A DNA stretch of 64,000 nucleotides, from the NCBI GenBank assembly GCA_004022145.1, contig RCNU01000007.1; one strand, given 5' to 3'. A program made the translations under genes and the position numbers. Positions 51,581-64,000 of this stretch are shown here, piece after piece. The notes beneath the pieces are model-generated. The model was not told where the DNA came from. It did not search any database and was given only the letters and a program-made list of their open reading frames with translations. The stretch comes from Paecilomyces variotii. Taxonomy: Eukaryota. The stretch's first letter is position 1, and every line of letters starts with the position of its first letter.

Positions 51581-52198
51581 TGTGCCGTTTTTGCCTCTGT
51601 TGTTTTTCTTCTGGAGGGGAGAAAGAAGAAGAGAGTGTCCCAAGTTGTTGGGAGTTCCTAGCTAACAAATCCGGGGGAGGAAGGGAAGCTGTTTCGGTCC
51701 CGCGGCAAGAGATCCCGCGCTAAGATTATCGGAAGAGAGAAGATCGAATCAACGCAGTGGAATTTGATACTTTTTTGGACGACGTTTCATCTAAACTACA
51801 TTAACTACTGTAGTTCAATGTGCAAGTTTGCTGTTTGACAAGGATCGTGTTTAGGTCTTACATACATTTCGATTTCGATCTCATTGAGCATCCCGCCAGT
51901 TTTCTTGAGTTATTCCCGGCACATGGAGGGGTTATAAAGATTCTGGCTCAGCTACCTACTTATTTACAAAGGACAAGGAACCGAAGAAAAGAGACGGTCT
52001 ATATATACGTTTTGCTCTATGCATTTCTGATCCTCATACATGTCTACTCTCAACCATTCCTGAACAATCTGGTGCATATCCAAGCGCTACTTTCTGTCTC
52101 TCTCGAAAAAGTCCCGAAAGACAACCCGCAAGCACAACGAGATTGATATACAAGAAAAAAAAGGACATCTCATCCAAAGGCACAAAAAAAATCACATC

Positions 52199-53032
52199 AT
52201 GCTTCCCACCCCCTCGACATCCCACGTGTCCTTCGACACAATCTACGAACCCGCCGAAGACTCATTCCTATTTCTGGACACCCTCTCCTCCGCCTCCGAG
52301 ACAGCATGGCTTTCTGAACGTTTTTCAGCCTCATCGCAAACAACATATTCTCCACCTCCTCTCGTCGTCGAAGTCGGGACCGGGTCCGGAGTCGTCCTCG
52401 CTTTCGCGGCTGCAAATGCAAAAGAGATCTTTGGCCAGCAAGGTATCATGACGTTAGGAACGGACGTGAATCTCAATGCCTGTGCAGCAACGCAGCAGAC
52501 GGTGATTACTGCGATTCGCGAGAAAGACGAGAAGGAAAACGAAAAGGAAATCGATGACTCCGGGAAGTCATCGTCGCACTTCCTTGCTTCCCTAACGGCA
52601 GATCTATGCAGTCCGCTACGTCCGCATAGTGTGGATGTCCTACTGTTTAATCCACCGTATGTCCCCACACCAGAACTACCGCGTCTTCCATCAGAAGCGG
52701 ACATTCAGAAGGAGAAAGAAATGTCTCGGTCGGAGAAGTTCGAGCATGAGTCGTATCTTCTGTCGTTGACGTATGCGGGCGGCGCTGATGGGATGGAGAT
52801 TACGAATCGGTTGTTGGATGAGGTGCCTAATGTGTTGGATTCCGAGAGGGGGGTTGCTTATGTTCTGTTGTGTGCGCAAAATAAACCTGAGGAAGTCAAG
52901 GAGAGGATTCGGGCTTGGGGGCACGGGTGGATGGCAGAGACGGTGGGTAGGAGTGGGATGCAGGCTGGGTGGGAGAAGTTGGTGATTGTACGGATATGGA
53001 GAGACAATCATAGTATTCCATTGGGGAATTGA
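52199..53032 (+). CDS. MTQ2: eRF1 glutamine methyltransferase catalytic subunit Mtq2 (HemK2)
   Basis: MLPTP...YEPAEDSFLFLD, EVGTGSG, FNPPYVPT and AGGADG. Confidence 0.95.
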   Translation: MLPTPSTSHVSFDTIYEPAEDSFLFLDTLSSASETAWLSERFSASSQTTYSPPPLVVEVGTGSGVVLAFAAANAKEIFGQQGIMTLGTDVNLNACAATQQTVITAIREKDEKENEKEIDDSGKSSSHFLASLTADLCSPLRPHSVDVLLFNPPYVPTPELPRLPSEADIQKEKEMSRSEKFEHESYLLSLTYAGGADGMEITNRLLDEVPNVLDSERGVAYVLLCAQNKPEEVKERIRAWGHGWMAETVGRSGMQAGWEKLVIVRIWRDNHSIPLGN

Positions 53033-53654
53033 ATGCATTTGTCTGAGTTACGATTACTTGATCATGGCGCAGTCTAGAAGGTTACGAGGTAATGAAGACG
53101 AGATCCGCGCATCTGGTGGCTATTTTCAAATTATTTCTGTCTTCCCTTTCGCAGGGGCTTGCTTTCCTTTGGTTTGGCCAGTAAATCACGATTGATACTT
53201 ATCAGATCCTGCCGAGATTTCACATTTTCAAAATACCGACTGCAGGCCCAGGATCAATGATCATAGTATCCCTATAGCTGCACTCGTGGTGGCCCGAGCT
53301 GCTCCCAGCTGTCAGAAGCACAAAGATTGTGACAATCTCCTGGTTGGCCCTCCATCTAGAGCCGGGCATATTGTCTGCATGTCCTCCGCGCCAACGTTCC
53401 GCAACATAGCAAGTCGCCGAATCAATGTAATCTTCCGTATTCACTTTTTCTCTCCAGCCATGCCTCGACGCATATAAAGGAACAAAATCACACTCCATGA
53501 CGCACACTTTTGCAGGATAAATCAATTATGCCATCCGTGCTCTGGAATAATAAAAAGAGACACATAAAACCCCAGGAAAAATAGTTAGCCACAGGGGAAA
53601 AAAGGTAAAAATGACCACAATATCCCGGTAACAATATCCCACTCTACTCCCTCT

Positions 53655-54270
53655 TTAGAAACCTCTGCCACGTCCGCGTCCACGACCGCGACCTCCGCGG
53701 CCACGGGGACCGCCTCGGCCGCGACCGCGATCAGCAGCCTCCTTCCGCGCCTTGTTCTTGGGCTTCGGTTGGTCATCCACCAGTAGCGTGTCCAATGGCA
53801 GGCTGTCAGGGAGGATGTAGTAACGGATCGTGGAGCCTCGGATGTTGATGGTGTCCAGAGAGATGGGGTCGCGGCCCTTGGGGGTCATCTTGACCGTTCG
53901 CAGAGCGGTGTTCATCTGCGGAGAGACGGAGGTGATTGTGCCATGGAGGATGGTGCCTAGATAATTGCAATTATAGAAAGTCAGTTCCAACGTCCCACCA
54001 TGTTATAAACTGTAGTTTCCTGGCGCGATGCAAGCAAATAACGAGGGTACCACGCAACGCTGCGACTCGACCGCGACATAGGTTAAGGGACGCACCGTTC
54101 TTGAGCTCAATCGTCACCGTCTCATTCGCGCATTTCATAAGGAATCTAGATAAAGAAAAATATGTTAGTTATTTCCAAACATACAGCATAGGAAACACCA
54201 CAGTGCAGAAGCTGAAGTGGCCTTGAAGCTTCTGGGGCTAGACTGCTAGGACCTACCGAACGAGCTTCAT
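53655..54270 (-). CDS. SMD1: Small nuclear ribonucleoprotein Sm D1 (3 exons)
   Basis: [23 protein letters not shown]...[21 protein letters not shown] followed by an RG-repeat tail. Confidence 0.97.
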
Positions 54271-54679
54271 GATGATAGATCAGATCGCGCCTATAGGCAC
54301 GTGGATATTTCTTCAAAAATTAGAATGTACACTTGGACGTCTCACTAAAAATGGTTCGTGAGATTGGAATACGGCGGAGTTGTCGCCTGTGGTGTACCGC
54401 GCGAGCTTTCGTCCTGCGAGTGGGCGTTGCGGCTCAAAAGAAGCTTCGCGGACCCCGGAGAGGCACGTGATTTCTTACAGTACAACACAGCTTACGGAGA
54501 GAACCATTTCTACGCGTGGCAAACACTCAAGGAACAAGGAGGGATATCGCTATTCGTCGGGGACTCTCGTATAAACATCTATAAGTGTGATTCCAATGGC
54601 ATCTGAAACATCACAAGAACACCAACCTGGTAACTGTGTCCTTATCCATCCTTTGAGTCCTGCTCAAAGGCAAATCGCC

Positions 54680-57543
54680 CTACAGCTCACCGTGACGAGC
54701 TCTGAAAATTGACACCTTATCATCGTAGAAGAGGATTTCCCGCAGCCTAAAGCTGACCCGGCTTCTGCTGGCATGAAAGTTGTCATCAGACTCACTAGCG
54801 CTTGCGGAGTCGAAAATATCTGAATCATAATCATTGTTGCCGTCCGAGAAGTCGTCGCTATCGGCATCTTCGTCGTCATTGTTTATTTCGTCCTCATCCT
54901 CAGGCCCACCGGAGTCAGGCGAAAGGTCATCTTGCGAGATCTCGACATCGTCGAAAGCATCTTGCTTCGATGTCCTTTCAATGATTTCGTAGCACTTTTT
55001 CCGTATACCTAAATAACACAGCTGAATCTCGGGTCGTAAAGTGACAATATCCAGTATTTGAAGAGCCAGCTCCTTGGGCTCGACGTGCAATCGACGATCA
55101 ACCGGATCGATATTCGGTAGGTATAGAGAGCGCAATTGGAATACGTATGGTAGGCGCTGGAGGAAGAAGTGCTAGCACACTTGTCAGTTCGGAGAATATC
55201 TTCCGTAGGGGATTGTAAGTTGCTTACCCAATCTCTATGATTTATAGCCATTCCAAGTTCATGGAGATGCGGCATTTGTCCGCTGGTGATGAACGACAGC
55301 ATTTCTCTGTCGAAGACCCATTTCCTCCAATTGCCGTTGGACACCTCAATGCCAGCAGGCGTCCTTTCAGTGCTATCAACGAGGATCCTTTTCAGGCTCG
55401 CGCGTTGCCTACGAATAATATGGCGAAATATCCCTTTGATTGGCACAACTGACTCATACATAGGTCCCTCTTGCAGAAAGATGCTCTCAAGACTGTTGGG
55501 AGCGATAGTCTCCTTCAAAAATAGTATGAGATAAGGAGACACCGCATCTGTATGAATAGACTTTATTCGTAAAGGATACTCGGGTGATGATCGTGAATCC
55601 TTTCGTTCGTGCAATTTGCCTCGGATACCTGACCTTTCTGATGTAGGCGAAGACGGGGCATATTGTCTCCGCAAGGCTCGCCAGAGCTTCTCATGACCTT
55701 CACAGCGAAGAATGGTAAGGCTTGTCAATTGGCGCCAGTCTAAAGCATTCATGATGGTCGGGATGGAAAGAATAATGCGTTCCAGCTCCAGCAGCCCTAG
55801 TTTCAGTTTAGACGGCTTAGATACAGTATGTGAATTTGTTTCCTCGTGCTGTATCCTCATGGGATGTTTCGAGACCACAACTTGAGTCTTAGTAGTATCA
55901 TCAGATGATGGCATCTCTTGCGACGTTGCGGACATAGCGGCCACTTCTTCGCTAGGATCGCCCCCAGAACTGGTGCTTCTGTCCGAATTCGCACCTTCTG
56001 GTGGTTCTGTTATAGGAACAACAACCTGACCGGCGGTACTGTGAGTATCGTCTAACTGCTCAGGAGCATTTCCCTCGTCGGGCTCGTGATTCTCGATATT
56101 TTCACTATTGGTTGCAACAGGCTTCTCAGAGATTGCCTGCTCCGTACTTTTAACGCCAATTGTACGATTGTGGTCTTCTTCGTCATGTGTCCCCAGAAGA
56201 ATGTCTAGAACACCTCCGATCCTTGGCCAATTAGGAATATCACTAGCCACTGCATCCTCTTCGGATTCCCGCTCATCCAACGGTCTGAGCCATGGCGATA
56301 GGTGTGCCTTCATCGAGATTCCGATACGGAGCTCACGGAGTTTCTCCCGCGAACGTTCAATGAGCACAGCCATCTCCTCCAGATACGACGGCTCGTCTAT
56401 GTCCAAGACACTAAGGCTCTTCAGAGCTGGTAGAATTGATAATGTCGGATATTCGACATGACTATATCGCTGGAGCGAGGTTTGATAGCCGGACGCATTT
56501 GGCGCCATGACACTCGCTGGGTTCTCGGAATTGTCGTGCCATCGAACCCAGACACGTTCTAACCGGCATTCGTGCCCCGGTCGATCAGCTAGCGATGATA
56601 GTGCCATCCAGACATCTCGTAATACCCCTGTGGGCATGTCCCACACGAAGGATTCTAGGTTCACCATCCTTGCAACCGCCAGCGCAACCAGGGTACCAAG
56701 CATCTTCCCTGTCTCCTTCGTGATGGAATATTCTTGTACCCAGGTGAGTGGTCCGTTTCCAACAGAGAATTTCCGTGTATATTGTGCAAAGTAGTTCCCA
56801 CGACGAGATTTCCTGGTCTGAGTCTGAATCGGGTCTATTATGGTCGGCGAGGTAGGGTGGCAGCTGTTGCAGCCGCAGTGCGGACAAGGGCTACGCCTAG
56901 AAGGCTGAGTGTATTTTCGAGGAATCTCTGTAAAGACGTCCTCGCCCATAACTAATGTCGCAAGTCCGTACGAGAGGGCATCCACTCCGGCGGGATGTTC
57001 CGCCGCTGATAACGTATCTGGCCATACAATATCGAATCGTGAGTACATGTGAGGAATGGCCAGCGAATGTAGCGCAGAACAGGTAAGGCACAGCGATGTG
57101 AGATCATTCGTATGCGTTACCTGCTTCCAGTCAGTGGCGCTCTCATTCTACGGTGAAATTCAGCTGAGCTTTACCTCTTTGACGATCTCTTTTAAGATAT
57201 CGACTGGGAGATCCAATAACTGCAGACGCTTCTTAGTATCTGCGGCCGCAATATGTCCAGGAGGCTGCTCTTCAGCTACTGGACGCTCATTTTCCTTGAG
57301 TTTCGAGGGCGTTACTGCCTTGATAGCTGATTCCGCATCATGAGCTTGGTCCGGGATCGGGTGATGCTCGAGATCCGCAGACGCAGTACTCGTGTTGGAC
57401 AGCGAAACTCCATCGTCATCATCGCTGTCCGAAGTATTTCCTGAACCTGAACCGAATGCGAAGAAGGACGATAGACTGCTAGCTGACATGGTGTCTCTCG
57501 CTGGTCGCTGCTCGTTTGCGTGAGGTGATAGTGAAGTTCCCAT
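54680..57543 (-). CDS. F-box domain protein (3 exons; start 57543 or 57489)
   Basis: LLDLPVDILKEIVKEV|THTNDLTSLCLTCS F-box across an intron, an LRR-like middle and a LREILFYDDKVSIFRARHG C-terminus. Confidence 0.85.
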
Positions 57544-58114
57544 AGATGGGTCCTAAACGGCGGCGGATAGGTACCCGTTTCACTGCGGAGAGGGCTGCAG
57601 CTATGGAATAATGAACACTTCCATGTCCCCCCAAGGAACGTCTCAAAGAGGTAAATCTGCTGTTGCCTAGATTGAGGCAACCCTCCGACAATATCCTTGG
57701 AGCGGAATCAATGGTCAGAGAGGAGAAGAGAAGCCTGCAAGTTCCAACATCCTCAAAACAACAACTCACTGGCGCGGGAGTAGTGGAGAGCTGCTCGCGG
57801 GAAGACGAGCCACGCTTCCCCAGATCGCACGTGCCTCGATCCGCCCGGTTAGCGCGGGGCTGTGCGTTGCAATCGCAGCCATTAGATGATCCTGATGACT
57901 AGATGTTTACTTGATTGCCAGACGAACAAACCAACAGTATGATTATATTTATCTTTGATTCGCTAGTGCATCACTGCACCAGAGTTGAATAGAAAACCTG
58001 ACACAAGCTACTGAATATATATTAAATTGTTGGGTAATAAACATAATCGATGGACACATGAACCTGCAAGATGCACATTACTGTCGGGCTCTAAATGAAC
58101 CAACGGCAGCTACA

Positions 58115-60955
58115 CTAGCTTGGATGCGCAGTTTCGCCTCCTAAAACCTCTGATATCCTCCCTACGAAGCCCTCAAGACCAGTCAGAGATGTTGGTCGAT
58201 CGGGCTCAGAGGCGCCTGCTGAAATGCCTGGCATAACCAGTACTTGGGAGCCAATTTCGAGCCATTCGATGGAGGATACAAAGGCAAACGTGATATTGAT
58301 GCGTTCTTTTTTCGAGGCATCAGATGTCTCGGAAGCCTCGTTGGGTCCCACCCCTATTCCATGCGGCGTGGTATGGCTAGAGTCTCTATCCATATCGTCG
58401 CCATCGAAGCTGAAGAAACCAGGCTCGCTAGGTGAGGGAGGAGCTGAGATGGTCTCCTGATCCGCCAATGCGACGCAGGTCACTTTGGCCGTGGCACGGA
58501 TGTTACATGTATATATTTTCACAGTCCCACCAAGAACCAGGGGCGGAGACAGAGCAGAAGAGAAATCGCTGGCCGGAAAACTAGCGATGAAGCCAACATG
58601 GAATGGGAGCGATGTCGATATTGACGAAGCATCACCCTGCTGCGGACTTGGTATACGTGCGAGTATCATGCCTTTCCCAGCCCTTTCAAGTTGTAGAGGT
58701 TCCTTGTTAGGAGTCGAACAAACTGGCTCCACACCGATCGTACCGACCTGGTCCTCTAGAAGGGTCCGTACTGGAAACCGCAGGTTCCTAACGCTCACGA
58801 TGCGCACCCTCTGCCACTCGCCATGAAAGTGCAAATGTGATCTACCTGTGGATAAAGTCTGGCCATATGACGTAGAAAGCTGACCGGATATTCGGCCAGT
58901 AGTAGGTAGTGAGTGTGGTGAACTGTAGCCGGTGGGACCAGAATTGGCATATGACTGATTCCGTTGCACATTGCTAGAGACACCATCGTCTGTTCGCGGG
59001 TCGACTGGGAACGGTCCTACGAGCAACTCATCCCCGACAGAGATGGTTCCATGACGCATAAGGCCGCAGAGGACAACCCCACGATTGACCTTCTGTTCGT
59101 TCTCCGCCGCGGCCGAATAGACTTTGGATGGTGGTATTGCAAACACCTCATCGATGTCGAAAAGATCATCTGGAGTAGTAGCATATGAGTGTCCATCACC
59201 GGGTAACTGGATTGTACGAGACGGAGGTCTGCGAGGTATCGGAAGATGCTCTAGGAGCGCATGTAACTTCCCGATTCCGGAGCCATCAACAGCACTGGTA
59301 AGTATGATGGGCACCGTTTGGGACCAGTCACCATCAGCGGCTGCAACAGTTTTCATAGCTTCTTCACTATCCAGTGGAGAAATACGCTGCAAATTGGAAG
59401 CCTTGTCGGTTTCCTTAGGGACTGGCAGCATATGTGGCTTTTTACCTGCTGTCTTAAGTGCAGATAATACTTTCGTAAGAGTTTGCCTTAGGCCCGAGCG
59501 AGACGCCTTATCCAATTTCGTAATTGCGAGCAGGATTGGGACTTCGAGTTTGACACAGAGCTCCAAATACGACAAGCAGATGTCGATTTCCGGGGCCTGT
59601 TCTAGGCTAGGCGGTGACAATTCCGGCTTTTTATCTTCACAGCAGTTTGCTGGAACACATAATAGGACATAATGAGGAGCCCAGCTCATCAGTCCACGGA
59701 CGGTTGATTTGATGTACCGCGTCAGGCCAGGAAGATCCGAAACGAAAGCAAGACGCCCGCCATCAGCGGCCACGTGAATATCGTTCCACGCAGTAGTATT
59801 TGGAGAAGCATAGTTTATCACTTCGATTTCCTCTCGGGACTCGGGGTCCTTCGGCCCATATCCGATCAGTTCCTGGGCCACGGAGCTCGTGACACCAGAG
59901 GATATTTCATGACGATGTTTTAGGAGACTAAGTCTACTTTTCCCCCGTCCATTGTCCAGGGCTGATGTGGTGAGAGTTCCCAAAAGTGAAGATTTTCCTG
60001 CTCCGCTTGGCCCTGTTATGGACACACGAATCTGTTCAGTGCGTGAACTATCCTCTTGCGCTGTAGCTCCGTCGGTCGTCTCAGATAGTGCAGTATCCAA
60101 GCCATTGTTAGCCTCAGATGGGCCCATTGGCATAGAGGACCGATAATAATCAATATCTGGACTGACTAGAGCCTCCGCAACCCAGAGATTCTCACTGTGG
60201 GTCTTGGGCGTCCCTGAACTTTCAAGGTGAAGATCCTCGGTCCATTCACAGTTTCCTACAACCACTTTTCGCAGAACTTCCACTTTGCATCCAAGACTAG
60301 TTGCCATTGCCTGAAGGTTGCTCATACTTTCTTCGAGTTCATCTTCGGTAAGACCGACAAACGTGCCATCGTCAGCAACGCCAATTTCGTAAAGGGCTCC
60401 CTGGCTTTCTTCGAGACCTGGTAGCAGGCGAGCAGGCTTTGCAGGAACACCTAGTCTTGGGGTCGCCTCAGGAAGCACTGGTAATACCAGATTGGCGGTA
60501 GAAGACGAGTGAAAGGGTGAAGACTGTTGTAAACGCCATAACAACTGCGTCGTGAGTTGCTGTAACCGCTGTTGTCGACTCTGGTCCGAAGGACTCTGCG
60601 GAAATCTTGGACTCATCTCAGATATCCCGTGTGACAAGGCCGGGAAGCTCGACTTTGAGTGGTATGAACCCCCAACGAGACGGCCTGTGGATATTGACGA
60701 GAACAGTCTGCGCGGCCGTAGAAGAAGATGCAACTTATATTCAGTAGGGCCTTCCTGAGGTTCGGGCTCCAGTTTCGTGATTCCATAATCAGATAAGTAG
60801 CCTGGCTCATTCTCTCCCAGACTAGAGGCCGTTCGACTTCTTGTTACGACTCCTCGAGGACCAACTGCGGCAAGCTGTGGGGTTGACGACCCTGATGCTG
60901 ACCATGGCGAAGATACCCTCGGAGGATCGGGATCATATGTAAACACAGATGCCAT
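58115..60955 (-). CDS. GTPBP1/GTPBP2-like translational GTPase (intronless, 946 aa)
   Basis: LEPEPQEGPTEYKL, YEIGVADDG, G1 GPSGAGKS, LDNGRGKSR, HRHEISSGVTSS, G3 DLPG and G4 TKLD, followed by beta-barrel domains. Confidence 0.9.
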   Translation of the reverse strand: MASVFTYDPDPPRVSSPWSASGSSTPQLAAVGPRGVVTRSRTASSLGENEPGYLSDYGITKLEPEPQEGPTEYKLHLLLRPRRLFSSISTGRLVGGSYHSKSSFPALSHGISEMSPRFPQSPSDQSRQQRLQQLTTQLLWRLQQSSPFHSSSTANLVLPVLPEATPRLGVPAKPARLLPGLEESQGALYEIGVADDGTFVGLTEDELEESMSNLQAMATSLGCKVEVLRKVVVGNCEWTEDLHLESSGTPKTHSENLWVAEALVSPDIDYYRSSMPMGPSEANNGLDTALSETTDGATAQEDSSRTEQIRVSITGPSGAGKSSLLGTLTTSALDNGRGKSRLSLLKHRHEISSGVTSSVAQELIGYGPKDPESREEIEVINYASPNTTAWNDIHVAADGGRLAFVSDLPGLTRYIKSTVRGLMSWAPHYVLLCVPANCCEDKKPELSPPSLEQAPEIDICLSYLELCVKLEVPILLAITKLDKASRSGLRQTLTKVLSALKTAGKKPHMLPVPKETDKASNLQRISPLDSEEAMKTVAAADGDWSQTVPIILTSAVDGSGIGKLHALLEHLPIPRRPPSRTIQLPGDGHSYATTPDDLFDIDEVFAIPPSKVYSAAAENEQKVNRGVVLCGLMRHGTISVGDELLVGPFPVDPRTDDGVSSNVQRNQSYANSGPTGYSSPHSLPTTGRISGQLSTSYGQTLSTGRSHLHFHGEWQRVRIVSVRNLRFPVRTLLEDQVGTIGVEPVCSTPNKEPLQLERAGKGMILARIPSPQQGDASSISTSLPFHVGFIASFPASDFSSALSPPLVLGGTVKIYTCNIRATAKVTCVALADQETISAPPSPSEPGFFSFDGDDMDRDSSHTTPHGIGVGPNEASETSDASKKERINITFAFVSSIEWLEIGSQVLVMPGISAGASEPDRPTSLTGLEGFVGRISEVLGGETAHPS

Positions 60956-62593
60956 CTCGTCTGACCGTGAATACTAGAAAAATAAGCAGCCACGGAACTT
61001 TTGACCCCAATTTTCTCAGCCAGTAGGCGAAATCAGACGAGTTCCACTTAAGGGAATACAAACACAATCTTCGCCGGCGGCGGTAACTTCTGATTTATTT
61101 CTCGGATAAAAATTTTAAGCTTAAGATCCCTATGCGATACCGACGTAACCTGTGATACCGAACATCAAGGTGAGTCATCTTGGGACTAGGTCCAGCACAG
61201 TGTATGAAAGATGATGAGCAGCTACTAGATGTCGAGTGGTTTTGCTCAAGAGCAAATTGTCATACGCGACAAAGACACGGTATCAATGACTGAACATGAT
61301 GGAATGACAAACAGAGAGACGATGAAATGCAATTGGGAAGACTTCTGTCGCGTACAACACGTCGATATCAGATGATGCCTTAACAGAGTAACGTGGCTCA
61401 GTCATTCCAGGCATGAGTCAGGTGATGCGGGGCCTCAGATGACGTAATCTATACTGTAGTTCGATTGATTATTGCCTGGGGATGCAAAACCAAGGATAGT
61501 TACCTACTCTACGCTTTCTTGAATCCAGACGATGTACTGCTCTATGCTATATTTCCTGTAGCACTGACATATTCGCCCCTTGTCCAGGAATAGATCAACG
61601 GCAGCATATCATCTCACCCGTCCCACAATAAACGATTTGTATGTACAAGCCTCACGGACAATCGGCAGACTCACCAGACGATCACACAGTCAACTTTCCC
61701 AAAACATGCAACTAGTAAAACCTGAAACAGAAGCTCGAGTTCCCCCACAGACTTTCCTTGGCAATGGCAATACATAGATGCGACCTACTACTAGAGTACC
61801 TGTACGTTGTTGATCATTCACCCCCATATTGATCTGCTTCCTAAGGTTACTACCTACCGTAAACAAACCCCGAGCGGAATCATCACCGTGCATATGGGGC
61901 AGAAAAAAATGGAGAAAAGATCTATTCTTAAATTTAGCTTAGGTGGCTGAGATGTTTCTAGAAGCCTGCCCCATTTAGACCCATAGTAACTCACGGGGGC
62001 CGAAAGCGGAGAATTGTTGAAGCTTGCCTTTAGGTTCTAGGGCGGTAAATATGGGGGCGAGAACGAAAGAGAACTACCTCGTATATTGGGGCCAGACATA
62101 GACTAAACGAGCTCAGTCCATGCTTCGATCGTGGTCGGTGGGTATGATACGTTTACTTGGGTGAGGGAAACGAAGGCTTGTGAAGCAGCCATGCTCGGAA
62201 AGAGGTAATTAGATATTTTTCGACAAGCCATCAAGTTGGATAGAGCATAGAACTTAGAAGACCTCGTCTCGCTGGATATACTATTAACACTCTTTGGTTA
62301 CACGGGAACTGGTATGGGGTAAAAGCACAATTGCTCCTCACGAGTTCTATATATATATATATTATATTGAGAATTGAAATGAAACGCCACCAAAAATGCT
62401 CAAACTCTATAATGCTGCGACCTCTAACTCCACCGGGCCTTACACCTTGACCAAGCCTTTTGCTTGCGGTCAAAGAAGAATTGAATGAAGCCATTAGTCC
62501 CCTCTGCAAGAAAGAACCATACTTAGACACGCAAGGATGTTATACACATCTTCCCAGGAGATGAACTGGTCATCTCAACTCCTGGCCATGTAA

Positions 62594-64000
62594 TTAAGCA
62601 GTAGATTCCTTGGCTGCCTTGCACTTCCCCTGTGAGATGTGTACGTTTCGTGCGGTCGTTCTCGTAAAGACAGTACCGCAGTATGGGCACTCAGACTTGC
62701 TGGAAGCCCCTGCTCTTTCCCGCTGATGCCGTAATAGATTACTGAATGTGGAGAATTCACGCCCGTTGCAACCATGATCCCAGCATTGTGGCTTTGGCCT
62801 CGCTTCGATCACACGAACCTGATGGTCAGGGTCTGACTGACTGCCGGGAGAGCTGGTGGGTATATGCGATGTTGCCACACTCGATCGCTGAGGCTCAGGG
62901 CTAATAGACGCATGGTAGGACCTTGAAGTTTAGATTGTCAGCTTGCAAAGTCTTTTGTCTGGGGTATGGAGATCAACCTACGATCTAAAGGACTGTGAAG
63001 AGAAGTCGTACTGGGCCTGGTTAGAAGGATACTGCGGAGGTCTAGTGTTTGTCAGTTACTGACTGAAAGGCACGTTGTAATCAGTACTCACGAAGAGATA
63101 TATTGGCCCGGAGGAGTCTGCGTGCTTGTGGGTATCATACCCACCGGGTATGGCCCTCGAAGATTCGATTCGTGAGAAGGAACCGGCAGAGAACCTGACG
63201 AAAACGACATGTCTCCCCTGCCTCCAAACGACGACTGCTGCCCCGAGGGACCCATCTGATGGCCAGGAGATATACTCCGTGCTTGTGGATCTTGTAAGGT
63301 GAGGAAGTTCTGTCGACCATCCCGCTGCCTTGTGTTGAACGGAAGAGGAGAGTTCGATGCAGGTATCATGGGGATCTCCGGGTTCGGAGGAAATTGGTCA
63401 TTGGGATAGTTAGACATGTCGGTCCAGTCATAAGCTACTCCTAGTCTTGTTAACCTCTCAGCAGTGGACATTATGAGCACAGAACTTACCTTGTAGCGCA
63501 GAGTACATTGACTGTTGGTAGTATGGGTCCCGGCTAAAGTCTCCTGAGTAGGAAGGAATGCTAAAACCCGTTGTCTGAGATTCTGTCCATCGGAAGGAAA
63601 TGTAGAGACGTACATCGATTGCATACCTCGTACTCCCGGGGGGAAAATGAGATGGTTGGGGCTGTATGCCTGTGAGACGTTCTTGACACTGTGTCAGAGT
63701 CGTTTTTGACATTGACCGTTAATTCCGCCACTCACCATCAGAAGAGAAGGATGAATGCCAGTCTGCATTGCTTATCCCTGGAGGGATATCGGCTAGATCA
63801 ATATCGTGACAAGACAGAGCCGAGAGTTGATTGTTCAGATCGAGCGAAGGGCTGCCTGATCCAGCAGGTAGATCAAACGGTGAAGGGTGCAGGAGGTGAC
63901 CTTGCGTAGGGTATGTCGATGGCTGAGAAACGGTAATGTTGAAGGCTTCAAACTCGGGTTCTGTTGCAGATGAGCCTGTCCTGATGTGAGGACTATGACC
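62594..64000 (-). CDS. C2H2-type zinc-finger protein; 5' end runs off the window
   Basis: C-terminal [27 protein letters not shown]...[17 protein letters not shown]. Exons link in phase via introns 62922-62981, 63042-63091, 63441-63489 and ~63670-63735. The frame is open to 64000. Confidence 0.82.

Noticed and set aside
14813-60955. Stop-codon read-through (TGA-CTA) producing cryptic peroxisomal isoforms
   Set aside because: The stop contexts inspected (MFS, mndA, APH, COQ5, SIS, UFD4, F-box, GTPase) lack the TGA CTA motif.

Overview
Gene-dense DNA from a filamentous ascomycete, with short GT-AG introns and CTAAC/CTGAC branch sites. Gene content suggests Eurotiomycetes (Aspergillus/Paecilomyces-like); this is an inference from the sequence, not a database match. 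About 25 protein-coding genes can be modelled. The conserved core includes BUD22, complex I 30 kDa subunit, NOT4, BCKDH E1-alpha, COQ5, a SIS-domain isomerase, NMNAT, UFD4, a hotdog thioesterase, SDH7/ACN9, MTQ2, SmD1, an F-box protein, a GTPBP1/2-like GTPase and a 5'-truncated C2H2 zinc-finger gene. Accessory genes interrupt it: an orphan AtmA/PaxA-like membrane protein, a peroxisomal FAD oxidase paired with an MFS permease, a GH2 beta-mannosidase, an APH-like kinase, a GPI protein, two orphans and an ADP-ribosyltransferase-like ORF. No tRNA, rRNA, CRISPR array or intact transposon was recognised. Best leads: (1) NOT4 appears to encode a short and a long isoform via retention or splicing of an ~800 bp intron with two alternative in-phase donors; (2) an ART-fold-like orphan with clustered GCGCAT motifs upstream; (3) a translational GTPase lacking the switch-II His, with two perfect Gcn4/CpcA sites upstream; (4) a GATA-rich oxidase/permease pair. 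Intron coordinates were read by eye and may be off by a few bases.
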